64,000 bases of DNA from Candidatus Zixiibacteriota bacterium (GTDB lineage: Bacteria > RBG-13-66-14 > B26-G2 > WVWN01). The DNA lies in the NCBI GenBank assembly GCA_011773985.1, contig WVWN01000084.1, positions 23,738 to 87,737 on the forward strand, in the 5' to 3' direction. Within the stretch, counting starts at the first letter, position 1; the number at the start of each line of letters is the position of its first letter. Below, piece after piece: positions 47,135 to 55,324 of this stretch. The notes beneath the pieces are model-generated. The model saw only the letters and a list, made by a program, of their open reading frames with translations, ran no database searches and was not told the origin of the DNA. Made by a program: the position numbers and the translations under genes.

Positions 47135-47908
47135 GTGGTGCAATACCTTCAAATCGCCGGGGTGGCCGCGGCGTTCTTCGTAGGCGCCTTCGCGGGAAAC
47201 TTCTACCACCTCATCGTGCACCGCCTGGCGGGCGGCGGCTTTCGCGTCGTCTTGCCCCCGGCCTGTCCCTCTTGCGGCCGGACGGACCGGCGCGTATGGA
47301 TGCTCCCGATTTTGTGGTATCCAATACTCCGGGGACGGTGCCCGGGGTGCGGCTTTCGGTACCGCAAAAGCCTGGTCCTATGGGAAGGCGCGGGCGGCGC
47401 GGTCGCGGCGTTGTTGTTTTACTACTTCGGCTTCTCGTTGACGTTCGCGACGGCGTTCCTGTGTTGTTTTTTCTTTCTTATGAACTACTGGGTGGAATTC
47501 CGCTACGGCGTCCTCGTGCCGCAACTCTACTTCCCGGCCCTCGCCGCGGGCCTGGCGCTGTCCTTCTTGCCCGGGGCGCCGAGCCCCGTGGGCGCGGTCG
47601 CGGGAGCCCTTTTGGGCGGCGGCCTGCTGCTCGCGGTCCGTCCGGGGCGCGCGCTTTTCTCGGAGAACGTTCGGGGCACGGAACGGCAGCTCGCGCTGGT
47701 AGCGCTGGCGGGCGTCTTCCTCGGGTGGCAGAGCGCGCTGTTCGTGCTCGCCGCGGCCGCGGTCGCGGCGTGGCTCGTACCCGTAATAGGTCGCCGGATA
47801 TTCGGCGCCGACCCGGAAAACGTGTTCGGCTTGGCCGTACTAGCCGCCACCCTTGCGATGGTACTCTACCGCGCGGACATAACGTCGTGGTATTTTCGGG
47901 TCAGGTAA
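47135..47908 (+). CDS. Prepilin peptidase (A24) homologue lacking both canonical catalytic Asp motifs (257 aa)
   Basis: The N-terminal Cys-rich domain CPSCG...GRCPGCG and the polytopic TM body align with PilD-type enzymes (LALVALAGVFLGWQ against KLLAMLGAWGGWQ). The catalytic positions, however, read VEF/VPQ and GTERQL instead of D...PD and GxGDxKL. Confidence 0.7.
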   Translation: MVQYLQIAGVAAAFFVGAFAGNFYHLIVHRLAGGGFRVVLPPACPSCGRTDRRVWMLPILWYPILRGRCPGCGFRYRKSLVLWEGAGGAVAALLFYYFGFSLTFATAFLCCFFFLMNYWVEFRYGVLVPQLYFPALAAGLALSFLPGAPSPVGAVAGALLGGGLLLAVRPGRALFSENVRGTERQLALVALAGVFLGWQSALFVLAAAAVAAWLVPVIGRRIFGADPENVFGLAVLAATLAMVLYRADITSWYFRVR

Positions 47909-47982
47909 AAATTATCGTTGACGACGGCAACGTCCGCTGAGCGTCGGCGCAAACGCTGAAGCGCCGGCCGGCCAGCGAAAAT

Positions 47983-49257
47983 ATGCCTACCTACGAGTTA
48001 ATCGTCTACGGCTGCCAGATGAACGACTACGACGGCGAGAAGTTGGCCGCAATCATGGAGGCGGCCGGCTACGAACGGGCCGCGGAAGGAGACGCCGCGG
48101 ACGTCGTCTTGGTATACACGTGCGCGGTCCGACAATCGGCGACGGCCCGGGCGCTCGGGCGCATAACGTCGCTCGCGCGCGTCAAAAAAGACAACCCGCG
48201 CGCGATAATCGGCGTGGGCGGCTGTTGGCCCGCGGTCGAGAGCGACGTCATCGAACGCGCCTGCCCCCACGTGGACTTTACGTTCGGCACGACCGAGCTG
48301 GAGAACGTTCCCGCGGCCCTGGCGGAAATATCGGGCGAACGCGGGCCGTCGGTCCCGGCCGAGGTCTCGCCTCTGCGCAAGAGCTGGCCGCGGGCGAACG
48401 TCGCGATCATGCGCGGCTGCAACAACTTCTGCTCGTACTGCGTCGTACCGTACGCACGGGGCGCGGAGACCTACCGGCCGGCCGACGACGTCCTCAAGGA
48501 AGTCGAGGAGCTCCTGCGAGCCGGTTTTAAAGACATTACGCTCATAGGGCAAAACGTGAACTCGTACCGCCGAGGGGAGGTTACTTTTGCCCGCCTCCTG
48601 AAAAAAGTCGACGCGCTGTGCGACGGCGTCTTCCTGCGGTTTATCACGAACCACCCGCGCGACTTCGGCGACGACGCGGTGGACGCGCTCGCGCAAGGCC
48701 GCAACGTCGCCCGCCACCTCCACCTGCCGCTGCAAAGCGGCTCGGACGCCATATTACACGCCATGAACCGCGGCTACGACATGAACCGTTACCTCGACGT
48801 CGTATCGAAGGTGCGCGAAGCGGTCCCGGGAATCTGCTTAACGACGGACCTGCTGGTCGGCTTCCCGGGCGAGACGGAGGCGGCGTTCGAGGAAACGTAC
48901 CGCGCGCTCGAGGAGATAAGGTTCGACAGCGCGTACGTCTTCATCTACTCGAGCCGCCCGGGCACCGCGGCCGCGGCACTCGAAGACGCCTTGCCGCGCG
49001 CGGAAAAAGTAAACCGCCTGCAAACCCTCGCGGCACGCCAACGGGCGATATCGCTCGAAATAAACCGGGGACTAATAGGCGAGGAGACCGTAGCGCTCGT
49101 GGAGGGCCGAAGCGCAAAAAACGCCGGCGAGCACGCCGGCAGGTTAAGCGAAAGCAAAATCGTCAACTTCGGCGGGAAAGCTCGGGCGGGCGAATTCATA
49201 GCGGTAAAAATTACCGCGGCGTCCCCGTGGACGTTAAGGGGCGAGCTGGTAACTTAG
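47983..49257 (+). CDS. miaB: tRNA-i6A37 methylthiotransferase (424 aa)
   Basis: UPF0004 N-terminal domain (YGCQMNDYD), radical SAM cluster CNNFCSYC and a C-terminal TRAM domain. Confidence 0.88.
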   Translation: MPTYELIVYGCQMNDYDGEKLAAIMEAAGYERAAEGDAADVVLVYTCAVRQSATARALGRITSLARVKKDNPRAIIGVGGCWPAVESDVIERACPHVDFTFGTTELENVPAALAEISGERGPSVPAEVSPLRKSWPRANVAIMRGCNNFCSYCVVPYARGAETYRPADDVLKEVEELLRAGFKDITLIGQNVNSYRRGEVTFARLLKKVDALCDGVFLRFITNHPRDFGDDAVDALAQGRNVARHLHLPLQSGSDAILHAMNRGYDMNRYLDVVSKVREAVPGICLTTDLLVGFPGETEAAFEETYRALEEIRFDSAYVFIYSSRPGTAAAALEDALPRAEKVNRLQTLAARQRAISLEINRGLIGEETVALVEGRSAKNAGEHAGRLSESKIVNFGGKARAGEFIAVKITAASPWTLRGELVT

Positions 49258-49330
49258 CCGGGACCCGGGAGAACAGCCCTTCGACGAAGCCGCTTCCGGC
49301 CGGCTAAACCCGACGTCTTAAAGGTTTACT

Positions 49331-49492
49331 TTATCCCTTCCTCGCACGCCGCGTCCAAAAAGCGTGGAAGATAATCGCGGCCGCGACGGTATCAACCGCC
49401 AAGAGTTGACAAAAAACCATCAACTCGCTTTGGGGGGGAGGGAGGACTATTAAATGGACCAACCGGAATATAACGAACAGCAGAGTTGCCAT
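49331..49492 (-). CDS. Possible 53-aa two-TM mini-protein at the end of the rSAM operon
   Basis: ATG lies 36 nt after the methyltransferase stop with GAGGTG upstream. Sequence is MATLLFVIFRLVHLIVLPPPQSELMVFCQLLAVDTVAAAIIFHAFWTRRARKG. GC3 is lower than in neighbouring genes, so the call is uncertain. Confidence 0.3.
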   Translation of the reverse strand: MATLLFVIFRLVHLIVLPPPQSELMVFCQLLAVDTVAAAIIFHAFWTRRARKG

Positions 49493-49528
49493 GGGTCACC
49501 TCGCCTTCGGTAAAAATCCGTTAAAGCT

Positions 49529-50308
49529 TCAACGAACTTTCCTCGCCGCCGCGTAGAATATTGGCAAAAAGTAACACCGCTCCCCTCTCGATATAGCCCC
49601 CGCGCGGGCCCGCGCCGCCGACCGCAACCGCCGCCGGTCCGTCGTCGGCTCGAGTAAGGTTTCCAACAACTTCAGCTCTTGGTTCTCCTCGACGGCCCAG
49701 CGCGCGACGGTCCACGCCGAGTTCAACACGCCGAGGGTGAAGACGTCGAATCCTGCGCGGCTTAAAAGGGCCGGGATTTTTCGGCCCGTGGCCGGGTCGC
49801 CGCCCCACCGCCGGACCGCCCGCGCTACCTCCTCCCGCGTCGACGCCGCGGGCGGGTAATCTATTGCCCCCTCGTAGTCCGGCTCCGCCAACGCCACGAA
49901 AATGCCGTCCGTCTTCAAAACCCTTCGGGCTTCGTTCAAAAAGGCGGCGGGTTCGGCGAGCCACACGAGAACGAACGCCACGACTACCGCGTCGATGACG
50001 CCGTCGCGGAAGGGCAAGGCCGCGGCGTCGGCGGCCGCGAACCGCGCCCCCAGGCGACGCGCCCGCGCCGCCCGTAAAACGTCCACGCGCCGGTCGACGC
50101 CGAACGCGCCGCGGGCCGCCCGACGCGCCAGCTCCGCGGTCACGACGCCGCTCCCGCAACCGACCTCCAAAATCCGCGCGAAGCGCCTCAGGCCCAGTTG
50201 CCGGTAGAGCTCGCGCCGGTGCGCCTCGTACCAGGCGGCCTGCCGCTCCTCCTCCTCGGGCGTCAGGAACGGCCCGGCTTCAACTCTCGATTCTATCCCC
50301 CCCTCCAT
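49529..50308 (-). CDS. Class I SAM-dependent methyltransferase (259 aa)
   Basis: Start moved to ATG 50308, overlapping the rSAM stop by 1 nt (TAATG). SAM motif I ILEVGCGSGVVTAELA; post-I and motif II regions are present (FAAADAAALPFRDGVIDAVVVAF). Confidence 0.8.
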   Translation of the reverse strand: MEGGIESRVEAGPFLTPEEEERQAAWYEAHRRELYRQLGLRRFARILEVGCGSGVVTAELARRAARGAFGVDRRVDVLRAARARRLGARFAAADAAALPFRDGVIDAVVVAFVLVWLAEPAAFLNEARRVLKTDGIFVALAEPDYEGAIDYPPAASTREEVARAVRRWGGDPATGRKIPALLSRAGFDVFTLGVLNSAWTVARWAVEENQELKLLETLLEPTTDRRRLRSAARARAGAISRGERCYFLPIFYAAARKVR

Positions 50309-51690
50309 TACGCCGGGTTGGACGCGGCGTCGGGGCAACAGAAGACCCTCTCGTACTTGACGGAGAGCGGGCACCCGGCGCCGCAGATCTCGAAATCGGG
50401 GCACTCTCGGCACCGAGCGGGCGCGTATCGGCGCTCGCGGAGCTCCCGCGCCAGCTCGTTGTCGAAGACGGTATCCCAATCGTCCCTTAAAATGTTGCCC
50501 AGCGGTTGGTAAAAAGACTGGCAGGGGATGACGTCGCCGTTCGGCTCGACGCACATGTTGTACTTGGCCGCGGTGCACTGCTTGACGCCCAGGTCCATCG
50601 TCAGCGGGTTGAAGCGGCAATATTGCGTCGGCGTGTACCAGACGAAGGTCATATCGTTCGCGGCGCAGGCGGCAACGAATCGGCTCAGAATCGGGCCAAG
50701 CGCGCTCTCGGGAAGGCCGAGGTCGACGTCGCGCGCGCCGCCGGCGTTGATGATGCCGTTGGCGGCGACGTGCTCCACGCCCAGCGAGGCGAGGAACGCC
50801 ACGAGTTCCTCCACGTCGTCGGCGTTCTCGCTCGTGATGGTCGTATTGGTCATTACGTAAACGGGGCTCGCGACCGCGTTCTCGATGCCGGCGACGGTCT
50901 CGTCGAAAGCGCCCGTCGCGCCCACCATCTTATCGTGTACGTCGGGTACGGAGGAGTGTATGGTGATCTGGACGTGGTCGAGGCCGGCCTCGGCGAGGGC
51001 GTTCATATAGTCGGCATCTTTGAGCTTGCGGCCGTTGGTCAACAGGCCCGTGATGACGCCCAGCTCCTCGGCGTACTCGACGAGCTCGACCAGGTCCGGG
51101 TGCTGGGTCGGTTCGCCGCCCGTGAAACAAATATGGGGGATGCCGAGCCCCCACACCTTCGCGATGACGCGCTTGAAGTCCTCGGCGCTCAACACCTCGC
51201 CCGCGCGCGGCGTCTCGTTATAACAGTGCGGGCACGCGTTGTCGCAGCCGTACGTCAGGGCTATGTCCATCCGATAGGGCGCCTCGACGTCGACGGTGAA
51301 GGGGTCTACGCGTTCGGCGCCCAGGTACGATATCGGGCAACGCTCGTCGCCGCGCGCCATCATCTCGATGGTTTCGCGCAGGCGCGCGAGGTCCCGCCCG
51401 AGTTCCTTCTTGCCCACGCGGTACCTTTTCGCCATCGTCTTGACGATGCGGTCGTCGGGCCACTCCTCCAGGACGTAGCGCGCCATCTCGGCGCCGGTCT
51501 GATTAAGGTGCAAGATGCGCGCCGCGTTTATCATAAGTATGCCCTCGCCGCCCGGGTTTACGCGCAGGTGCAGGCGCGCTTGCAATTCGGCGTCCTGGCG
51601 TCTGAGATGATATATCCCCGACTCCAGCGGCCTCTGCTTGGCTAATATCTTATCGTAAAACTTTTTACCTATTCCCATACGAGTCGACAT
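50308..51690 (-). CDS. Radical SAM/SPASM peptide-maturase-type enzyme with N-terminal PqqD-like (RRE) domain (460 aa)
   Basis: Start moved to ATG 51690. CX3CX2C motif CDNACPHC and FTGGEPT are present. SPASM signature: NGDVIPC (G-x4-C) and CRECPDFEICGAGC (CX2CX5CX3C). The N-terminal segment ILMINAARILHLNQTGAEMARYVLEEWPDDRIVKTMAKRYRVGKKELGRDLARLRETI resembles PqqD. Confidence 0.88.
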   Translation of the reverse strand: MSTRMGIGKKFYDKILAKQRPLESGIYHLRRQDAELQARLHLRVNPGGEGILMINAARILHLNQTGAEMARYVLEEWPDDRIVKTMAKRYRVGKKELGRDLARLRETIEMMARGDERCPISYLGAERVDPFTVDVEAPYRMDIALTYGCDNACPHCYNETPRAGEVLSAEDFKRVIAKVWGLGIPHICFTGGEPTQHPDLVELVEYAEELGVITGLLTNGRKLKDADYMNALAEAGLDHVQITIHSSVPDVHDKMVGATGAFDETVAGIENAVASPVYVMTNTTITSENADDVEELVAFLASLGVEHVAANGIINAGGARDVDLGLPESALGPILSRFVAACAANDMTFVWYTPTQYCRFNPLTMDLGVKQCTAAKYNMCVEPNGDVIPCQSFYQPLGNILRDDWDTVFDNELARELRERRYAPARCRECPDFEICGAGCPLSVKYERVFCCPDAASNPA

Positions 51691-51718
51691 TTTAATTGCG
51701 CAGGCCGCGGCGCCGTAA

Positions 51719-53332
51719 TCACCGGCCGCCGCCCGCGCAGGCGCAGGCGCACCCGGCACAGGCGCAGGCGCACGCGCAGCCGCCGCCCCAGCCCCCCGGC
51801 CGGCTCGTCGTTGCCGGCGGCGGGTTGGTCGTGGCCGTCACCTTGGCCGTGAAGGATTCCACTTTGGAGACGACGTTGCCCGCGATCCCCTCAAGCCGCG
51901 TTACGACGCCGTTCGCGAAGCTCGCGCCGGGGAGCGTCGGCATGTCGAAGGAGACGCCGCCTCCCGGCCCGGCCGCCGGGGCGAGGTGCCCCCACCAAAA
52001 AGGCGGCGGCAGGTGGTAGCCAACGAAGACGTCGCGCGTGCGCCCCCCGAAGTCATCGTCGAGCATGGTCCACTCGAGGCCGTTGGTAAACTCCTCGAGC
52101 TTGACCTGGGGCGTATCGGCCTCCTCCACGAGGCGCCACGCCGTCTTGACGATCTTGCGGTAATACGCCACCGTCTCCCGGTGTGAGAAGCCCTTCATCT
52201 TCCTCTGCACCGACTTGATCAAGGATATCAACATCTCCCCCAAGCGGTCCTCGCCGAGGGCCCCGTCGGGTTCGACGCACGCGACGAAATCGTTCTCGTA
52301 CGCCCTCAAGCCGTTCTCTTTGAAGGGTAACTTCTCGACCTTCAACGGCTCCTGTGAAGCTACGGCGAGGGCACCCTTCTTGACGAGGCCAAAGAGGACC
52401 AGCGTAAGAACCGCGTTGAGCGGCCTCTCCAGTATCACCGCGGCCTCGGGCGCGGTGAGGCCCCGTTTTATCCCCACCCCCTCCACCTTGGCCTGGGGCG
52501 GAAAATACTTCATGCGTCGGCGGCGCCTGTTCGCCACGCCGGCGACGGCTATCAACGCGAATATACCCAAAGGAACAAGGCAACCGCAGAATTGCGTCGC
52601 AAGTGCCACCAGGCCGCCGAACAGGCCGCCGAGCCGACCGGCCCGCGGCGGCGAACGCACCTCGGCGACGGCGTCCCGCGGGAACGATATGCCGAAGGAA
52701 TATTTTTCCGAGGGCGACGCCTCCTCCCGTTCCCAGACGTAGTGGACGCGGCCTTCCTCCACAAACATCCGCGTCGGCTCGCCGCCCTCGTCCTCGTGCC
52801 AGCGGGCCTGCTCGGCCGTAACGGCGGGAGGGAATACGAAGGTCATCGTGAGGTGCGTGGAGCCGGTGGTGAATTCGGAGGCGAACCAGGTGGGACTGAA
52901 TACGCAGGAGGCGTACGCGTCGTCGACCGCGTCCTCGAAGACCATACGGTCGTTCCGGCCGCGGACGTGGAGCGTAGCGGCGTCGCCCGGCGGAATGGCA
53001 TAGTCGCCGAGGGGTATCTCGACGCCGACGTCTACATACTCGGAAGGTCTTATTGCGTCCAGCGTTTCGCCGTCGACATCCGCGGTTACGGACGCGAGGT
53101 CGTAATCGTCGGACGGGAAGCCCACGTCGACGACGTCTATTGGGGACCCGGAGGCGGTGTTGCGAAAAGTTATTTCATAATCAATATCGAGCGAGGAGTC
53201 GTCGTTGACCGTCACGGCAACGACCTCGCGCGGGACCTCGAAGTAATAATCCTGCGCCGCGACGGGCGACGACGCCGCGGCGAATGCGACGCACGATAAA
53301 AACGCCGCTACGCTACGTCTCGACGTTTCCAT
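51719..53332 (-). CDS. DUF2207-like membrane protein ending in a Gly/Cys/Ala tail with seven alternating cysteines (537 aa)
   Basis: Signal peptide followed by an extracytoplasmic domain starting YYFEVPREVVAVTVNDDSSLDIDYEITF. A TM region is followed by NRRRRRMKY, then a cytoplasmic part with LTAPEAAVILERPLNAVLTLVLFGLVKKGALAV. The C-terminus is TSRPGGWGGGCACACACAGCACACAGGGR. Confidence 0.85.
   Translation of the reverse strand: METSRRSVAAFLSCVAFAAASSPVAAQDYYFEVPREVVAVTVNDDSSLDIDYEITFRNTASGSPIDVVDVGFPSDDYDLASVTADVDGETLDAIRPSEYVDVGVEIPLGDYAIPPGDAATLHVRGRNDRMVFEDAVDDAYASCVFSPTWFASEFTTGSTHLTMTFVFPPAVTAEQARWHEDEGGEPTRMFVEEGRVHYVWEREEASPSEKYSFGISFPRDAVAEVRSPPRAGRLGGLFGGLVALATQFCGCLVPLGIFALIAVAGVANRRRRRMKYFPPQAKVEGVGIKRGLTAPEAAVILERPLNAVLTLVLFGLVKKGALAVASQEPLKVEKLPFKENGLRAYENDFVACVEPDGALGEDRLGEMLISLIKSVQRKMKGFSHRETVAYYRKIVKTAWRLVEEADTPQVKLEEFTNGLEWTMLDDDFGGRTRDVFVGYHLPPPFWWGHLAPAAGPGGGVSFDMPTLPGASFANGVVTRLEGIAGNVVSKVESFTAKVTATTNPPPATTSRPGGWGGGCACACACAGCACACAGGGR
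51734..51778 (-). repeat. Hexanucleotide (TGCGCC-like) coding repeat specifying (Cys-Ala)n
   Basis: Minus strand reads TGCGCGTGCGCCTGCGCCTGTGCCGGGTGCGCCTGCGCCTGCGCG, encoding CACACACAGCACACA. Confidence 0.9.
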
Positions 53333-53356
53333 ATCCCAAAAAGAGGGCGACGGCCG

Positions 53357-53767
53357 TCACCACTTGGGCTCCTCTTCGACCTCGTACGACGTGCCGCAAT
53401 AGGGGCAGGTCACCACAACCGCCCCCGCTTTGACGTCGATATTATCTTTGGATAGGGCCGCGCCGCACGCCCGGCACTTCAACTCCTCGAGCGACAAATC
53501 GCCCGGGAGGTCGATCTGTTGTACGACGGTCCGCGGCTTCTCGGCTTGATAACGCTTATAGGAACGGTACGCCAAGACGCCGGCGCCGGCGATAAGCAAA
53601 AGGCCCACGAGGGTAGTAGCGCCGCCTACCAAAAGACGGCCGCTCGACTTGCCTTCAGCCTGAGCCTCGTCCGAAAAAGCGGCCCACAGAAAAAGAACGC
53701 CGAAGAAGACGAGGACCAGCGCAAGGACGGCCATCGGCACGGCAATTACGCACCCGCCGAACTTCAT
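53357..53767 (-). CDS. Membrane protein with two TM helices and a C-terminal zinc ribbon (136 aa)
   Basis: Two hydrophobic helices, then CRACGAALS...VTCPYCGTSYEV (CxxC...CxxC). It is the first gene behind the operon promoter. Confidence 0.75.
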   Translation of the reverse strand: MKFGGCVIAVPMAVLALVLVFFGVLFLWAAFSDEAQAEGKSSGRLLVGGATTLVGLLLIAGAGVLAYRSYKRYQAEKPRTVVQQIDLPGDLSLEELKCRACGAALSKDNIDVKAGAVVVTCPYCGTSYEVEEEPKW

Positions 53768-53809
53768 ACGTCTATACTATCGTGGCCGATCCGTAAAAAT
53801 CTTTTTAAC

Positions 53810-53838
53810 ATAATAAAGTATATAGTTTCTTATTGCAA
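53810..53838 (-). promoter_or_regulatory. Sigma70-type promoter of the zinc-ribbon/Cys-tail/rSAM operon
   Basis: Minus strand reads TTGCAA-N17-TATTAT (-35 at 53833-53838, -10 at 53810-53815) within an AT-rich island. Confidence 0.6.
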
Positions 53839-54130
53839 CAGTAATCGGGGCCTAACGGCGGGCGGCGAAAAACGGCGCAAAGTTGAAGGCCCGCAAGATA
53901 AAAATTTACGCGGTTTCGCCGTTACCCGGCCCGCGTGTTCCATAAAACGCAACCGCGGGCGGAAACGACCCGCGCGCCGCCGCGGCACCTCTCCGCCGGG
54001 AGACCGGCTCTGTCCCCCCGGCCCCGCCTACATAATATGAAACCGCCCTCCTTCTTCGAGGAGAGCGGATTGGCGCCGGCGGCCAAAACCTCTCGGCCCC
54101 GGCGGGCACTCTTCCTTTATGGCGCTACGC

Positions 54131-55084
54131 TCACCTGTTTTGGTACCGGTCAACAAGCGCTCTGAACAGGTCTATGGCTGCGGCGAGGGTTATGTTTCGC
54201 CGCTCTATCCGGACCTTGTTGCCCAAGACCTCGATGCCGATGAATATCTCGGCCTCCTCTCTGTAGGCCGGCTCCGCCGCGGGGGGCGGCGCAGGTTCGG
54301 GCGCGGCCTCGGCCGCCACGCCGGCGAGTACTTCCTCGCGGGGCGGCGGGACCGGCGGCGCGGGAGGCGCCACCTCGCGGAGTTCCTCTTCGATCGTCGC
54401 TTTAATGGCCTCGGCCTCTTCCTCCCGCAAAGCAGGTTCGCCCACGGCGGCAGGTTCCGGCCCGACGGGCACTTCCTCTTCCGCCGGGGGCGCCTCAAAC
54501 TCTCCGGCGGCCGCCACGGCCGGCTCCACCTCTATCTCAAGCTCGGGGGGAAGCTCGAACGCTGGGGGCACCACCTCTTCCGGCGGCGGGGGCGCTTCCG
54601 TGGGCACGGCCGCTTCAACGGGGGGCGCTTCGGCCGTATCCCACGGTTGGGGCGCCATCACTTCGCTAACGCCCTCCAAGTCGAGCTCCGTCAACTCCAA
54701 GCTCGCGAACGTATCCTCCAACGGCGGCGGGATTTCGGGCGCCTCGGCCGCAAACGCCGCTTCGGGAGGCGGCGCAAACGCCGGCGGCACCTCGGGCGGC
54801 GCCGCGGGCGGCTCCTGGGGCGCGTGTTCCGCTACCGGGAGGACCTTCTCTTCGTCTAAGGGAATCGCCGAAGGTTCGGGCGGCGCCGGGAAAGAACTCA
54901 GGTCGAAGTCGCTCTCGGGCGCCTCGATAGCTTCCAGGCCCGAGGGCAACGATTCCTCGACCGCCTCGAGCGGCGTCTCGAACTTATCGAACTCGCCGCT
55001 CGCTATCCGTTCCTTGAGCCGGCGGGCGCGCTCCTCGTTCCTTCTCTTTATCGCCTCGATTGGGTCCTCGAATTCCTCGGCCAT
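54131..55084 (-). CDS. Highly acidic Pro/Glu/Ala-rich protein with short structured termini (317 aa)
   Basis: Residues from about 40 to 270 are low-complexity (PPEV, APPPPEE, EPAAV repeats). The C-terminal 45 aa are ordered-looking (EIFIGIEVLGNKVRIERRNITLAAAIDLFRALVDRYQNR). GGAG RBS. Confidence 0.65.
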   Translation of the reverse strand: MAEEFEDPIEAIKRRNEERARRLKERIASGEFDKFETPLEAVEESLPSGLEAIEAPESDFDLSSFPAPPEPSAIPLDEEKVLPVAEHAPQEPPAAPPEVPPAFAPPPEAAFAAEAPEIPPPLEDTFASLELTELDLEGVSEVMAPQPWDTAEAPPVEAAVPTEAPPPPEEVVPPAFELPPELEIEVEPAVAAAGEFEAPPAEEEVPVGPEPAAVGEPALREEEAEAIKATIEEELREVAPPAPPVPPPREEVLAGVAAEAAPEPAPPPAAEPAYREEAEIFIGIEVLGNKVRIERRNITLAAAIDLFRALVDRYQNR

Positions 55085-55128
55085 ATAACTTGCTCCTTTC
55101 CCGCCCCCTAACTCCTATTACCTATTAT

Positions 55129-55158
55129 ATTTTAATAACATTATGTTATCCTTGTCAA
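55129..55158 (-). promoter_or_regulatory. Promoter of the acidic-protein gene with a 15-bp palindrome in the spacer
   Basis: Minus strand reads TTGACA-N18-TAAAAT. The palindrome ATAACAT-T-ATGTTAT (55135-55149) fills the spacer. Confidence 0.55.
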
Positions 55159-55275
55159 GGTTTTTTTGGCTACTTAACGTGACTTAAGGCCGCGGGGGAA
55201 CCCAAAAGCCAACGGCGCCGGGGCAAACGAGGATAGCAAACCCATTACCGGTAAGGGAAGAAACTAATACGAGGC

Positions 55276-55295
55276 GCGGCCCCTCGCGGGGCCGC
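55276..55295 (-). terminator. GC-rich hairpin downstream of the fumarase alpha gene
   Basis: GCGGCCCC-(4-nt loop)-GGGGCCGC. The U-run on the minus strand is interrupted (CUCGUAUUAGUUUCUU). Confidence 0.45.
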
Positions 55296-55324
55296 TTCTT
55301 CTTTGCGAAACGCCGGACCCAGTT

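Noticed and set aside
49454-49513. Plus-strand 19-codon ORF (MDQPEYNEQQSCHGSPRLR) with a very strong SD-like GGGGGGAGGGAGG 8 nt upstream, convergent on the rSAM operon end and considered as a possible small precursor peptide.
   Set aside because: It has no credible -10 element. The G-run is the complement of a Pro-Pro-Pro codon stretch of the competing minus-strand 53-aa ORF. It has a single Cys and the wrong orientation for the operon. Sequence alone cannot decide between the two mini-ORFs.
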